Shown one piece after another: positions 47,703 to 58,568 of a stretch of 64,000 bases of DNA. Below the pieces are notes generated by a model. It was given only the letters and a program-made list of their open reading frames with translations, was not told the DNA's origin and searched no databases. Each line of letters starts with the position of its first letter. Within the stretch, counting starts at the first letter, position 1. Origin of the DNA: Porphyridium purpureum. Its lineage: Eukaryota. The stretch covers positions 682,001 through 746,000 of the forward strand of contig VRMN01000010.1 of NCBI GenBank assembly GCA_008690995.1. Reading direction: 5' to 3'. The translations under genes were made by a program, and so were the position numbers.

Positions 47703-48944
47703 TCATCGAAAAGGAATTACGGGTGCGCGTGCTACGTAGTTCTGGCCGCCCAGACCATGGACGAGTTTTGCATGGCGTCGCAGCATTTGATCCAAATGTC
47801 CTTCGTTCTCACCGCACAGATCTTTCAAGAATGGCTCAATTTCCGAGCGTGACCACGAGGACTGCAGCGCAAAGAGCTGCGAAAAGCGCATCGCAGGCTC
47901 TATGGAGAGTCGCCAGTACGGGGTATACTTCAGCCTGGTTCGATCCATCACAAACAAGCCCCTCAGTGTACCGAGCTCTGGTTTCACGTCGTCCGGCAGG
48001 AGCTTTCCCCAAGCTGACATAAAGTCAAGCTCCTCGTCAGGACTAGTGCTGCACCGCTGCTCCAGTAAATGTTCTCCTGAAAATCGAAGCAAACGATCTC
48101 TGTCCCACTGCTCCCAGCCTGTATGCCGCTCACTCGGGGTGCAGAACAGACCTACGACAGCGCGCACAAGTTCGTGCGCACAGTCCTTCGCCATTTCTGA
48201 TTCAAGCTCGTCACGTGGGAAGGCAGCAGAGCACCACTGCTGCAGAATAATTGTGTCAAAGAGCAAGGAAAGCGTCTCGAGCACCAGGTCGGGGTCCAGA
48301 CGTATCCAAACCCCAGAGTTCCGCTCGACAGCGCATAGTTCTTTCAAAGTTGATCGAATCTCAGCAGCGCTCGCCAGCACTTGCTCTTCGATGATGGACC
48401 ATTCTATTCCCAGTCCATCTGCAGATGAAGAAGACGACTCATTTGATGGTTGACGCAGGCCATCGCCACTTTTCAGAATGTGAGGCGCCAATAGGTCGCG
48501 CAACGGTCGCACATGGGGGGCGGTGTGGGTGAGCTCGACGGAGCCATGCATGGCCATACGAATGGGCAGCGACAGAGCAGGAGGTTCTCTCGCTCCGTTC
48601 TCCAACGAAGCAGACGCAGACTGGTCCAGGAGAAACAGTGCGTTCGAGTTCTCCCGAAATTGCAGCGCATATGTCCGCTCGTGCGTGCAAAGCACCGCAC
48701 CCGTGCTTGCCTGCGCGCCTTTGAACTGAATTTCCTCTCGTTCTTCGAGGGCGCTGAGCACATGCTGCGGAAGCTCGACAAGATACGAGCGGCGCGTGTC
48801 CAGCGGGTATGCAAAATGCACGCGCGAACATGACCAGCCGCGGAATTGGCCGCGCAGCGCCTCATGCACCCATGCGTCGTTGTCGGGCACCACAGAGGCG
48901 CTCGTAGCACTGCCTCCGGGCAATGCGTGCGCGTGCGTCGTCAT
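47703..48944 (-). CDS. DCC1: Sister chromatid cohesion protein DCC1
   Basis: YLVELP...IQFKG...AVLCTHERTYAL...ENSNALFL; RFSQLFALQSSWSRSEIEPFL. Confidence 0.88.
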   Translation of the reverse strand: MTTHAHALPGGSATSASVVPDNDAWVHEALRGQFRGWSCSRVHFAYPLDTRRSYLVELPQHVLSALEEREEIQFKGAQASTGAVLCTHERTYALQFRENSNALFLLDQSASASLENGAREPPALSLPIRMAMHGSVELTHTAPHVRPLRDLLAPHILKSGDGLRQPSNESSSSSADGLGIEWSIIEEQVLASAAEIRSTLKELCAVERNSGVWIRLDPDLVLETLSLLFDTIILQQWCSAAFPRDELESEMAKDCAHELVRAVVGLFCTPSERHTGWEQWDRDRLLRFSGEHLLEQRCSTSPDEELDFMSAWGKLLPDDVKPELGTLRGLFVMDRTRLKYTPYWRLSIEPAMRFSQLFALQSSWSRSEIEPFLKDLCGENEGHLDQMLRRHAKLVHGLGGQNYVARAPVIPFR

Positions 48945-49262
48945 CCAGCGAGATCCTCTGTCTTCCGCCCTTGCATCGCGACCGTTCTAGCGTTGCGCTC
49001 CCACGCGCCGCCCTCCTCTGTTCGCTTCGCGCCAAAACGCGGGCGGCCAGAACGCCGCAGAAGGTACAGTGAGTGCGCGCGCTGTACAGTAAATTGACCC
49101 TGGTCGAGGAGCGCTCGGCACGTGCGCCGCGCAAGCCAGCGTTCGCTGCAACGCCAACCTGCCGCGGGCAAGAGTGCTACAGCCGCGCGCGGACGCCGGC
49201 AGCTGCGGCGCCCTCTCGTCCTCGCCTGTTGTGGTTCACAGCGGCGCGTGCGGCCGGTGACT

Positions 49263-50399
49263 ATGGACCACATTCGAGCGTTGCACGAGGACGTGCTGCG
49301 GCAGGACGACGTTCTGCGCTGGCTCGTGACAGATGCGCACTCACCGGTGCCGGCGCTGCGGAGCGGTCTCGTGTGTCGCGAAAAGAACGCCATCTTCTTG
49401 CATAGGTCCAGCGTCGCCGCGGAGCAGGTCGCTATGTTCGTCCCGGCGCACGCGCGCAGCGAGAACTACATCGCAGGCGTGCTCTTTCACTTGGCCGCGC
49501 CGCGGTCATCCAACAGAAAGCGCCTGCTTGCACCGCCCGACTTTCATCAGCAACGTCTCATGGGCTCGCGTTTTGCTGCCCGCACAGAACCTCTTCCTGG
49601 CGGCGCGTGGGGCTGGGTCGAAAGCTACGCCTTTCCGGGAAATGTGGTCGTGCTGCAACTTCACGTGCTTTTGGAACATGGCACCGTGGGTCGAGAGTTT
49701 ACGGAGACCTTGTGCTTCGAGCTTTTGAATACGCCAGTGCCCCCGTCTGGAATAAGTGCACTCAAAGCCGGCGGGACGAGCTCGCGGCCGGCGGTGCTGG
49801 CGGCTCCGCCGACAGCGGCCGTCGCGGTTGAGAACTATTCAGAGCGATTACGAGTTGAAGACGCGTTCTGGCGCTGGAACACGGAAGAAATTCTGCGGTG
49901 CGTGCTCTGTTCGCCCGGACAGGACTGTTCTTGCACTTCATCAGTGCCTCCGCATCGTTCATTCGCGAGCTTCAGCGAAAGCTGGCTTGTTGACCAGAAC
50001 GTGAAAACCAAATCACCGCAGTCAGGCACGGATCGCTGGGAGCAGTTTGTCGAGCAAGTATTTGTTCGGTGGCTCCGGCGACCGTCCAGATTTCCGAGCC
50101 ACCTTCGGTGCTCTCTCTTTGAAACGGATGAGGTTTTGCTGGAATTCAAGAATGAGTTTGCCGAGCACAGCACAGACCCGCGATTCCGTGATTTGAAGCA
50201 TCGATTTCAGCGTGAATGGCCCTCATTTGCAAGCAAAGCAAAACAAGCCACCGAAGGAAACGGCAGCAACGGCACTAAGACCGGTTCTGCGGCGGGGACG
50301 GTCCACACCAAGAGACGTCGGATGGGATCAGGTAGTACTGGTACCTGCACACCGAAAGGTGCCGCGGAAACCGCAGAAAGCTCCCTGTCTTCCCACTGA
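49263..50399 (+). CDS. Hypothetical protein with CxxC...CxC motif
   Basis: Long ORF divergent from DCC1; RCVLCSPGQDCSC. Confidence 0.6.
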   Translation: MDHIRALHEDVLRQDDVLRWLVTDAHSPVPALRSGLVCREKNAIFLHRSSVAAEQVAMFVPAHARSENYIAGVLFHLAAPRSSNRKRLLAPPDFHQQRLMGSRFAARTEPLPGGAWGWVESYAFPGNVVVLQLHVLLEHGTVGREFTETLCFELLNTPVPPSGISALKAGGTSSRPAVLAAPPTAAVAVENYSERLRVEDAFWRWNTEEILRCVLCSPGQDCSCTSSVPPHRSFASFSESWLVDQNVKTKSPQSGTDRWEQFVEQVFVRWLRRPSRFPSHLRCSLFETDEVLLEFKNEFAEHSTDPRFRDLKHRFQREWPSFASKAKQATEGNGSNGTKTGSAAGTVHTKRRRMGSGSTGTCTPKGAAETAESSLSSH

Positions 50400-50460
50400 T
50401 TTTTTTGTGAGGCTAAACCCACTGATCTGTCCTGCCTTGAACTCGTTGTGAATCGCCCTT

Positions 50461-51624
50461 TTAGGACGCACTAACATAAAACCAGTAGGCTTGAATCGCA
50501 TCCAGCACTTCGACACCACCACTGATCAAACCACCAGCCAGAGGCAGCTTGGTCAGGCGACCTAGCACATGGCGACGAATGACTCTGCTGTAAACGGGAT
50601 TTCGTGCGAGAAAGTAGACAAGTGCAAGTTTGCGCCGCAGCTTCTCCGCGCGATCGGCATCTGACTCGCTTGGCACCAAGCTGATCCCGGATACATCAAT
50701 TCCGAGGGCGACGAGCCATGGAATCCAAGACATTGGACCAAATTTCATCATCAGCAATAGTTCTACCGACGGGCGAGACACATGGCAAAGTTCTCCAATC
50801 AAGCCATTCCACGGCAGTGACCGGTCCGAGACCACAACTTCGTGATTGCGTCCGCCAAAACCGTCATCGTGCATGTGACCAAGACACTCATTGCAAGGGC
50901 TAGAAGATGCATTTGTATCTTCTGGCTGGTTCCGTCCTTGATATTCGCCTTGACTGTTCGATCCCACCTCAGCAAAACCATCCTTCAAACCCGCGGCCTC
51001 GAGAGTAAGAAATCGCTTGCCTGATAAACGGCCCGTGCGGATGTGACTCGAATGGATTCTGCAGCGGCACAGACCAGACCTCGATGCTGCTGGGGCACTC
51101 GATCCTGAATCCGGTTCAAAGCTTTCATCGGACACCGTCAGCAGCTGCTGAGCGCGAAAAGGCCACCGTCGCAATCCGAAGAGTAGAGATGAGCGCAAAA
51201 TCAGCTTGAGTAATTCAACAATGACGAGGACAATGAGAATACGGTTCCTGTCTTGCTTTCGGTAAATTCGACGAGTTAGCATCTCGATGAGCAATTGCGC
51301 GCTTTTGAGAATATGGAGCGCACCAAGCACAACCGCATGCAGCGGAAACGCATGACGCTGTTTGTGAATCACCGGAGCATCGCGATAGAGGTGTAAAAGT
51401 GCCATAAGAAAATGACAGCTTTCAGCAGTAAGCTCGGAGAGTTTGCCAGGCATTACTACTGCCAACGCGCGAGTGACGTCCTCGAGCAAGCTCATGAGCT
51501 GAGCATTTTGCAACATCCATTTCCGAAACGAGTAGTCCGCGTACCGCAGGTCGCCGATGAGCTCTTTGAGTCGCGGCATGCAACCAGACATACCGCCGCG
51601 CGTTTGCGGGCTTTGCTGCGCCAT
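50461..51624 (-). CDS. PEX16: Peroxisomal biogenesis factor 16
   Basis: LLIEM, VELLKLILR, GELCHVSRP, SWIPWLVALGID, EKLRRK...YFLARNPVY, C-terminal YWFYVSAS. Confidence 0.85.
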   Translation of the reverse strand: MAQQSPQTRGGMSGCMPRLKELIGDLRYADYSFRKWMLQNAQLMSLLEDVTRALAVVMPGKLSELTAESCHFLMALLHLYRDAPVIHKQRHAFPLHAVVLGALHILKSAQLLIEMLTRRIYRKQDRNRILIVLVIVELLKLILRSSLLFGLRRWPFRAQQLLTVSDESFEPDSGSSAPAASRSGLCRCRIHSSHIRTGRLSGKRFLTLEAAGLKDGFAEVGSNSQGEYQGRNQPEDTNASSSPCNECLGHMHDDGFGGRNHEVVVSDRSLPWNGLIGELCHVSRPSVELLLMMKFGPMSWIPWLVALGIDVSGISLVPSESDADRAEKLRRKLALVYFLARNPVYSRVIRRHVLGRLTKLPLAGGLISGGVEVLDAIQAYWFYVSAS

Positions 51625-51934
51625 CCCGAGCGGAGCCTCCCACTTGAGCTCCACCGAGAAAAGCCCTCGACGCAATTGACCACACCACTCCGGGCTGCCT
51701 GTGCACGCTGATTTCTTGGCTCGCAGAACGAAAAAGCAGGGTGACCCGAGCGACCTCGCGGCTGCTGCAAGTACGCGCGCACTGCAAACCCCTGTGCGCA
51801 CGGTCGAAGCCCCTCCTGCTTCACACGAGGAAGACCTCTGGCTCCGCAGTCATTCGCATTGCCCGCGCGCCCGCGCGAGTCAGCTCGAGCACGTACGGCG
51901 CCGCGCGACGTCCACGACCGCCAGTCGCTCGGCT

Positions 51935-54268
51935 ATGGCGTCGAGCGCGCCTGCCGTTGAGCACGTGCGCGGCTCCGACACGCAGTACAGCAGCACTGCC
52001 GGCCACGGTACAGTTGTTCAGCACTGGTCGTGCGGGTGCGCACGCGCGTGGCGCTGCCGACCGCCGGTGCGGCTGCGCTGCGCAGAGCCTGCGTCGCGGA
52101 CATGGACACGCAGGCTTTTGTGCTTGTTTACGCCCACAGCACCTCGCCGTCGCGATGCGCTGTGCGCTGCGCACGCGCGCACAGCGTCGCGCGCAGTGAA
52201 CGTCCGCGCGCATCGCCCAGTGGCGACCGGACCGTCCCTGGCCGGCGGCGCCGGCGGCAATGCAAGCAGGCTCGTGTCTAACGCCCAGAGTCCAACTTCA
52301 GGGGATAGTTCTCCCACAGCCGACGCGTCCGGCAACCCTAAGAGCCGGGCCGGAAGAAGTGCATGGAACAGTGCCAGGACCCAAGCGGCTCGTGACGGGC
52401 TCGTCATCTCTGCCGAGCAGAAGCGGGCGGCATTCATTCGAGAACAGCAACGACGTTTTGTCTTGCAGTATCCCCCGGAGAATGAAACCGATGAGCGCGT
52501 TTACAGCTTCATCACCGCCAACCAGCTTGACCAAGCGCAGGCTGTGCTGCTCTCGGAACCGGTCCCAACCGCTTCCGTAGGCTCTGTTGTCCTGGTCGCA
52601 CGAGCTTTGCGCCACGCAGGAGCGCTAAGCGAGGCTTTGGAAGTGTTTCGCAGCGTTTTGGGACCTACTTTGACGAATGTGAAGACCGTGCTGACACACG
52701 ATGCCACCGCAGAACTGATCGCATGTCTTGCGGCAAGCGGCGAGCATGAGCTCGTTCTTCAAACCGTAGATTTCGCCTACACGGCCTATGGTCGGCTGGG
52801 ACCACTCATGTATCGGGCAAAAGTTTTGGCTCTGGCGGCGTTGGAACGGACGAACCGTGATGACCCTTGGCCAGAGATTCTCAGTACGCTGCGCGAGTTG
52901 CACGCAAAGGGACTGTACTTGAAAGTTCAGACTTATAACCATTTACTCCACCTTCTCGGCCAGAGAGGTTTTTGCCAGTTGGAGAACTGTCAAAAACTCT
53001 TCGAGCTAATGGAGACAGAATTCAGTGTATGTGCAGATACAGTCACGTTCAACACACTGATGAATCTGCACCTGCAGCAGTCAAATGCAGACGAGGTCGC
53101 AGCTCTCTGGTTCACCTTGCGAAAACGCGCACCTGAAGTTCAACCAGACCGCGTCTCGTATAATCTGTTCATCAGTAGCTGCAGGCTAACAGCGAAGCCG
53201 CGCATTGACGCGGCCATGAGCGCGCTGCAAGAAATGCGAAACTCGAGCAATCCCTCGTTGAGACCCGACCAAATAACGTACAATTGTGTGCTCGCTGTGT
53301 GTGAGAAAGCAGTAGAGCCTCGAGTTGCGCAGCGAGTCCTTCGCGAAATGAAAAGGGCTCGATTCGAGCCTGACGAACGGACGCACGTGGCCTTGTTGAA
53401 TTTGTATGCGCGTTGCAATGACGTCCAAGCCGCAAGCACTCTATTCCGCGAACTTCAAAAGTCACAGGATAAGGTACTGAGCCTGGAAATCTACACAACT
53501 ATGATCAATATGTACGCCGAAATGAGACGCGTTCAGGATGCATTTGACCTTTTCGTGGACATGGTTCGGTCGCCGAATATCTCACCATCGGTTGGGACTT
53601 TCAACGCACTCATGAATGCATGCCGCTCTGTTGGGGATATTGACCGAGCCCAAGAAGTTCTCAAGAAGATGGCCTCTGCTGGCCTTCGTCCTGATGTGAT
53701 CACATACTCCGTGTTTGTGGATCTTCTGGGGCGCGCAGGTCGAATCAACGACATATGGGCTACTTTAAAAGAGATGGACAGCCGGCAGATCCAGCCAAAT
53801 CTGATCACCTTGACATCGGCGCTGAATGGATGCGTGCGGGCCGGTGACTTGAAGGCGGCAGAGCAATTGCTAGGCGAGATGCCGAAGCGCGGTATGCGGC
53901 CAAATGCGTTCACCTACTCTGTGCTTATCGAAGGATACAGTCTCCGTGGAGACCTGGACCGTGCATTGTACTACTATCGCGAACTGCGCGAGCAATTATC
54001 AAGTGCAGACATGCCACGACCTAGTGCTCTGCGTGCTCTGTTCAAGGCGTCGTGCCGAGGCGGCGACGTTCAGACTCTTTCCTATCTTCTGGAGACGGTG
54101 CTGAACCAAACCTTGTTGGTGAAGGGTGCGTACAGCAATCAGGAAATTGATCGCTTTTTGCGTTGGCTGTCCGACATCCGTTCTGAGGCGCGGCCGCAAC
54201 ACGCGGGCGTGGAACCGATGCTGGCGGAGGCCGTACGGCGTCTGACACCGACGCCGGCGAATAGCTAG
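51935..54268 (+). CDS. Pentatricopeptide repeat (PPR) protein, organelle-targeted
   Basis: About 10 tandem 35-aa repeats (TFNTLM, SYNLFI, TYNCVL, PDVITYSVFV, PNAFTYSVLI). Start uncertain: in-frame ATG 51935, or out-of-frame transit-like ATG 52102. Confidence 0.92.
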   Translation: MASSAPAVEHVRGSDTQYSSTAGHGTVVQHWSCGCARAWRCRPPVRLRCAEPASRTWTRRLLCLFTPTAPRRRDALCAAHARTASRAVNVRAHRPVATGPSLAGGAGGNASRLVSNAQSPTSGDSSPTADASGNPKSRAGRSAWNSARTQAARDGLVISAEQKRAAFIREQQRRFVLQYPPENETDERVYSFITANQLDQAQAVLLSEPVPTASVGSVVLVARALRHAGALSEALEVFRSVLGPTLTNVKTVLTHDATAELIACLAASGEHELVLQTVDFAYTAYGRLGPLMYRAKVLALAALERTNRDDPWPEILSTLRELHAKGLYLKVQTYNHLLHLLGQRGFCQLENCQKLFELMETEFSVCADTVTFNTLMNLHLQQSNADEVAALWFTLRKRAPEVQPDRVSYNLFISSCRLTAKPRIDAAMSALQEMRNSSNPSLRPDQITYNCVLAVCEKAVEPRVAQRVLREMKRARFEPDERTHVALLNLYARCNDVQAASTLFRELQKSQDKVLSLEIYTTMINMYAEMRRVQDAFDLFVDMVRSPNISPSVGTFNALMNACRSVGDIDRAQEVLKKMASAGLRPDVITYSVFVDLLGRAGRINDIWATLKEMDSRQIQPNLITLTSALNGCVRAGDLKAAEQLLGEMPKRGMRPNAFTYSVLIEGYSLRGDLDRALYYYRELREQLSSADMPRPSALRALFKASCRGGDVQTLSYLLETVLNQTLLVKGAYSNQEIDRFLRWLSDIRSEARPQHAGVEPMLAEAVRRLTPTPANS

Positions 54269-54706
54269 TGCTGACGTGAAAGACATAGCATCGTGCCTCC
54301 TTGCGGCAAGGAAAGTGGGTCAAGGGACTTGCTGGGACGGGTTTACGGACGCCCGAAATGATCTGACCGGCAATCGGCTTCCTGCGCGGGCAGAGGAGCT
54401 TCTGAAGCGGCCCGCGCGGTGCAAACTGAAAGGTGCGAAAGTACAGTAAGAGGTACAGTACGCTCGAAGCCGCGTCCGCGGTACAGTGGATCCGCGCGCG
54501 CGAGGGTTGTCCCGATGCGCCCCGCGGAGAACGCTGTGGCGCAAGTGCTTGGGAGGTGCACGGGACGATCGCAGGCTCAGCGCGTGACGCCAGCTCTCTC
54601 GCGCCGCTCGCACCCTAACCGCGCGCACGGGCTCCTTTGGTCAGGGACGTATTGTGGTGGCGCGCTCAATCAGAAACATCGACGGTTCTTCACCGGCTGC
54701 GCAGCG

Positions 54707-56155
54707 ATGCAGGCCTCACGCCTTGTGGAAGCGCTTCGTCGTTCCGTCACGAGCGCCGCGCGCGTTTCGACGCATGGCCGTTCGCTTCTTTTGCGTAGCG
54801 CTCCAGCCGTGTCTTTGCACAGGCTCTTACTTTTTTCCGGCGTGCGCACGCTTCATGCATCCCCTGCTCGGGCAGACGATGCCGGAGCAGCTAACTCGCC
54901 TGTGACGCTCGGGGAAGGCAGCGTGCTCGGTATGCCTCCATCATTAGACACACCTACAGTGCGAGTTCAGCCGGCAACTCTCCCAAAGCCAGCAGATTTA
55001 CGTATTGGGCGAGACCTTGCCCAGCTCGCGCGCCTCATCGTTTTCAACCGTGCAGCCATTTCGCGACTTGATGAAATCTATGCTGAGGAGAGCGATCCAG
55101 ATCTGACCGAGGCTCAGTGGTCAGAACGTCGACGGAAATCGCCGGGCAAGTTTCAGCACGATATTGCATTTGAAGCAGAGGAAGAAGTACGCTTCACGCT
55201 CCAGACTGACGAAGCGGAACGGTTTCTCGAACGAATTCTTGACCGCTTGGGGTTGGTGAAGACAGACCTTTTGAGGATAGAGCATGATCTGTTTGCATTT
55301 GACAAACTGGAAGTGAACCGCGACGCGATGAGTCACACTGAAGTGTTTGAGCTTTTCGATCACAAAGATACGATGCAAGAGAATCTCGCAATCATGCAGA
55401 TGGGTCAACCAGATGATACGCGCACGGATGGTGAAATCTTTCCAGTCGATAAGAAGGGAATACTGATGGCAACAAAAAAGAAAGAGGATGCTGAGTTCTG
55501 CGAGGGTCGGTTACCGAATCCGGACGGAAGCATTCCGGAAATTGCGGAAGAGGAGCTCAAACTTCGTCGCGAGGCTGACATTGTCGGTGAGGAAGAAAGA
55601 GAACGATCGTCGAAGGTTGCAAACGTCTTGAGAGGTTTTTCGAGTGCCTTGATTGGAAGCACCATCACCTCAAAGGTGGTCAAGGGAGGCTCGATTTACA
55701 CCTATCGCGCAATTGTTGTGATTGGGAATGGCAAAGGTGTGGGGGGCTTTGCGACTGGACGAGGAACAGAGCTCAAGGGAGCAATTGAGAATGCTGCACG
55801 CAAGGCGCGCAAAAATCTGCTTTCCCTGGACTTGTATGAAAATAGAACCATTCACCACAGCACGAAGGCAAAGAACATGGCGAGCCTAGTGAAACTTTGG
55901 CCACTTGGAGAAGGAAGAGGGATTCGCGCGTGCCGTCAATTCATCGTTGCTCTGGACATAATTGGAATCAAAGACGCAGGCGTTCGTATTGTGGGATCGA
56001 CGAACATGATGTATGCTATCGGTGCTCTGTTTAAAGCACTTGCTAGTGTGAGAAGCGCTGAGCAAATAGCTGTGGAGCGTGGACTCAAGTTCGTTGACAT
56101 CAATGAAGCGTTTCGTCTGCGATCATTGAGGAACAGAGCACGTAACTTGAGATAG
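54707..56155 (+). CDS. MRPS5: Mitochondrial ribosomal protein uS5m
   Basis: SKVVKGGSIYTYRAIVVIGNGKGVGGFATG...AARKARKNL...RTIHH...GRGIRAC; Arg/Ser-rich mitochondrial presequence. Confidence 0.9.
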   Translation: MQASRLVEALRRSVTSAARVSTHGRSLLLRSAPAVSLHRLLLFSGVRTLHASPARADDAGAANSPVTLGEGSVLGMPPSLDTPTVRVQPATLPKPADLRIGRDLAQLARLIVFNRAAISRLDEIYAEESDPDLTEAQWSERRRKSPGKFQHDIAFEAEEEVRFTLQTDEAERFLERILDRLGLVKTDLLRIEHDLFAFDKLEVNRDAMSHTEVFELFDHKDTMQENLAIMQMGQPDDTRTDGEIFPVDKKGILMATKKKEDAEFCEGRLPNPDGSIPEIAEEELKLRREADIVGEEERERSSKVANVLRGFSSALIGSTITSKVVKGGSIYTYRAIVVIGNGKGVGGFATGRGTELKGAIENAARKARKNLLSLDLYENRTIHHSTKAKNMASLVKLWPLGEGRGIRACRQFIVALDIIGIKDAGVRIVGSTNMMYAIGALFKALASVRSAEQIAVERGLKFVDINEAFRLRSLRNRARNLR

Positions 56156-57522
56156 CGTATTTCGAAGCTCAAGACGCGGCGAGATAGAGCGAGCAATCGT
56201 TTCCGCTGCCTTCGGCAATGAGCAAAGCTGGTTTGGTGCTAATCCTACCAACTGTCCTTTGTCTGTAAAGAGCATATTGAGATGCTACTTTAAGCCCGAA
56301 TGTACGGATCACGTGTTGCGGCTCCGAATGTATGCGGAGATAACGTCAACAGCATTTCGCGTGTTCGAGCTCCAATGCACGATTTCACAAGCCGAAGCCC
56401 TCATACATGCTAACTGTCACGGCCATCCAGCGAGAAGTGAAGTGCACTATTTTGACATTTTTCGTATTTGATTGACCCTGTGACGAACACGCCAAACACG
56501 AAGAAATGCTCATCGCACGGGTCAGAATTCTCCGAAGTCTATAATTTGACAGCAGAATTAACGGTACGGCATCCACACAATCGTCAAGCTCGGGGCGTTT
56601 GATCGTGCTTCGGCACGTATGTATGGTTCCGATTGTTGAAAGGCCAAGTGCGGTGGTGACGAATACTGAAAAGTAACATTGTACTTTCCCGGTGCCAAGT
56701 AGGCAGTACATCACATACTTTCGTGAACCAAAGGAAGGTCATATCTTTCAAGCACGTTGGGGTTGTAGCAGGTAAGAATTGCGCCTGTCACGTCAAAGTG
56801 AAAATTGCAGTTGTGCATTAAATCTCATCAGCTTGTACTGCGCCCAGTAAGGACTTTGTCAGCGATAAACAAGATTTGGGCTGCCATTGACCAAGCGGTT
56901 ACTGTGAGTTTGGGATCTACGTCCAAAATCATGCGATCAATAAATAATGCAAGGAAATGAATCCACTTATCCATTCTGTAGCTTTGGATCGCCCACAGAA
57001 ATTAAACGAACTGATCCACTGGGATTCGTGTGTACAATCCTGCGATCGGTAGGATCATTCGGCGAGAAGCTCGAGAAGATGATACCTCAGGTCCGAAAAA
57101 CAGATTCCAATAGAGTTCATGAGACAGAAAGGCATGTCTTTGAAATAAGGAATTACGCAATTAGAAATCTATCTGAGTAGTGAGAGAAAATAGAGCCGCA
57201 TCATTTCAGCAAGCAACGCTGAAGTCGTTCTCTGTTATAGAAGGCTCAAAACTTTCTTGGTAGTTTTCTTGGACATGGATCCTCATTAATCACTCCCAAA
57301 TTGCTAAATATCTTGGAAAAGGTATACGAAAAGCTCAACATACGCATACTTTCAGATTCAGAACGCTGCCACGGTCGATCGAAGAACACAAACTGAATTA
57401 AATTGAGGGTAGAAGAAGGATCAATCAGAATACTTTTTAAAAAGGTGCAGCTCAAAAGAATGTCGTAGATATGGTTTAAATCATATGAAATGTCCTTCTG
57501 AATATAAAAGTGGAAAAGAAAT

Positions 57523-57829
57523 TGTTATGAATCCAGGGTTTCGGTAGATTCCCTCCCCAGGTAAAGTAGTAATACCATGGGGAATGTTTCAGCTCCAACT
57601 TTCTGTATTTCTCCAACTTATAGTAAATTAGGGTTTTTGCCCTGGAGGTACAGTTGGCAATCTCACTAGTGAAAGCACTACGATTGCCTATATAAAGAGC
57701 TTAGCGATGGCCGAGGCTCGGAGTCCCCGGATGACGAAGGTAAGGTTAGTTGCAAGGGCGACGAAGGGGACACGCAACTGCGTTAGTGACAAGTCACAAA
57801 GACTCCCCGATACATCAGACCTTTTAATA
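57523..57829 (+). mobile_element. Solo LTR (307 bp) of the young copia family
   Basis: Matches 58569-58893 except for one missing 18-bp unit and 2 substitutions; flanked by TSD GAAAT (57518-57522 and 57830-57834). Confidence 0.95.
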
Positions 57830-58568
57830 GAAATGCAAATTCACGCTTACGGGGGCGAAAAGTAAAAAAACGCCGGAATCTTCTGCTAAGATTAGAACTC
57901 TTTATTTCAGTCTAAGCTTCCAAGTTCTGCCGAAAGTCTGAGAACCAAGTATTCCTTCGTACGTGTCAGAATCGAAGGGCAGATTGCACCGCGAAATTTT
58001 GGTGGAAATTGCCCTGTAAGATGCTTTTCATAGATACTTAAAAAATGAACTTGAGCATTCATGGCAAGTCTTGCATTTATAGTTCCAAATCACTATCAAA
58101 ACAAACCCAAGGATCGTACTCCCCAAGCTGATACCTCAAATTTGTGTCGGTATCAACCAATGATTGTATTAACATGATATTCTCCAAAATTATCATCAGT
58201 CGCGACAGTCTTACCAGTTCAAGTTTTCTCTACCAGGTCAGTTGAGGTCAGCATTCAAGCTCTTTGACATGCGTATTTTGAATTGTCGTCGAGTATCGAG
58301 AGTAAAAGACGCTTCAGATATATAAAACACTTCAATATCAGAATGGCATTGCCAGAAAAACATAAACTACTGATTATGTGTTTTCGGGACAGAGGATACA
58401 ATGCGATGTCAACATTAAAATGTACGTGTCACTGATCAACCTCAAAATCTGATCCCGCTTTTTGTAAGGCCTCATGAACATTGCTGAGGTCGGGGCTAAA
58501 CATCCATTTCCTGCAAGGTTCCCAATTTATCTATAGATGCACATTTTTGCCAGAGAGAAAATGAGAAT

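Noticed and set aside
56385..58560. AT-rich stretch possibly from a hAT-type transposase
   Set aside because: Only a vague GTGKVQCYFS resemblance and no TIRs; cannot be supported without a search.
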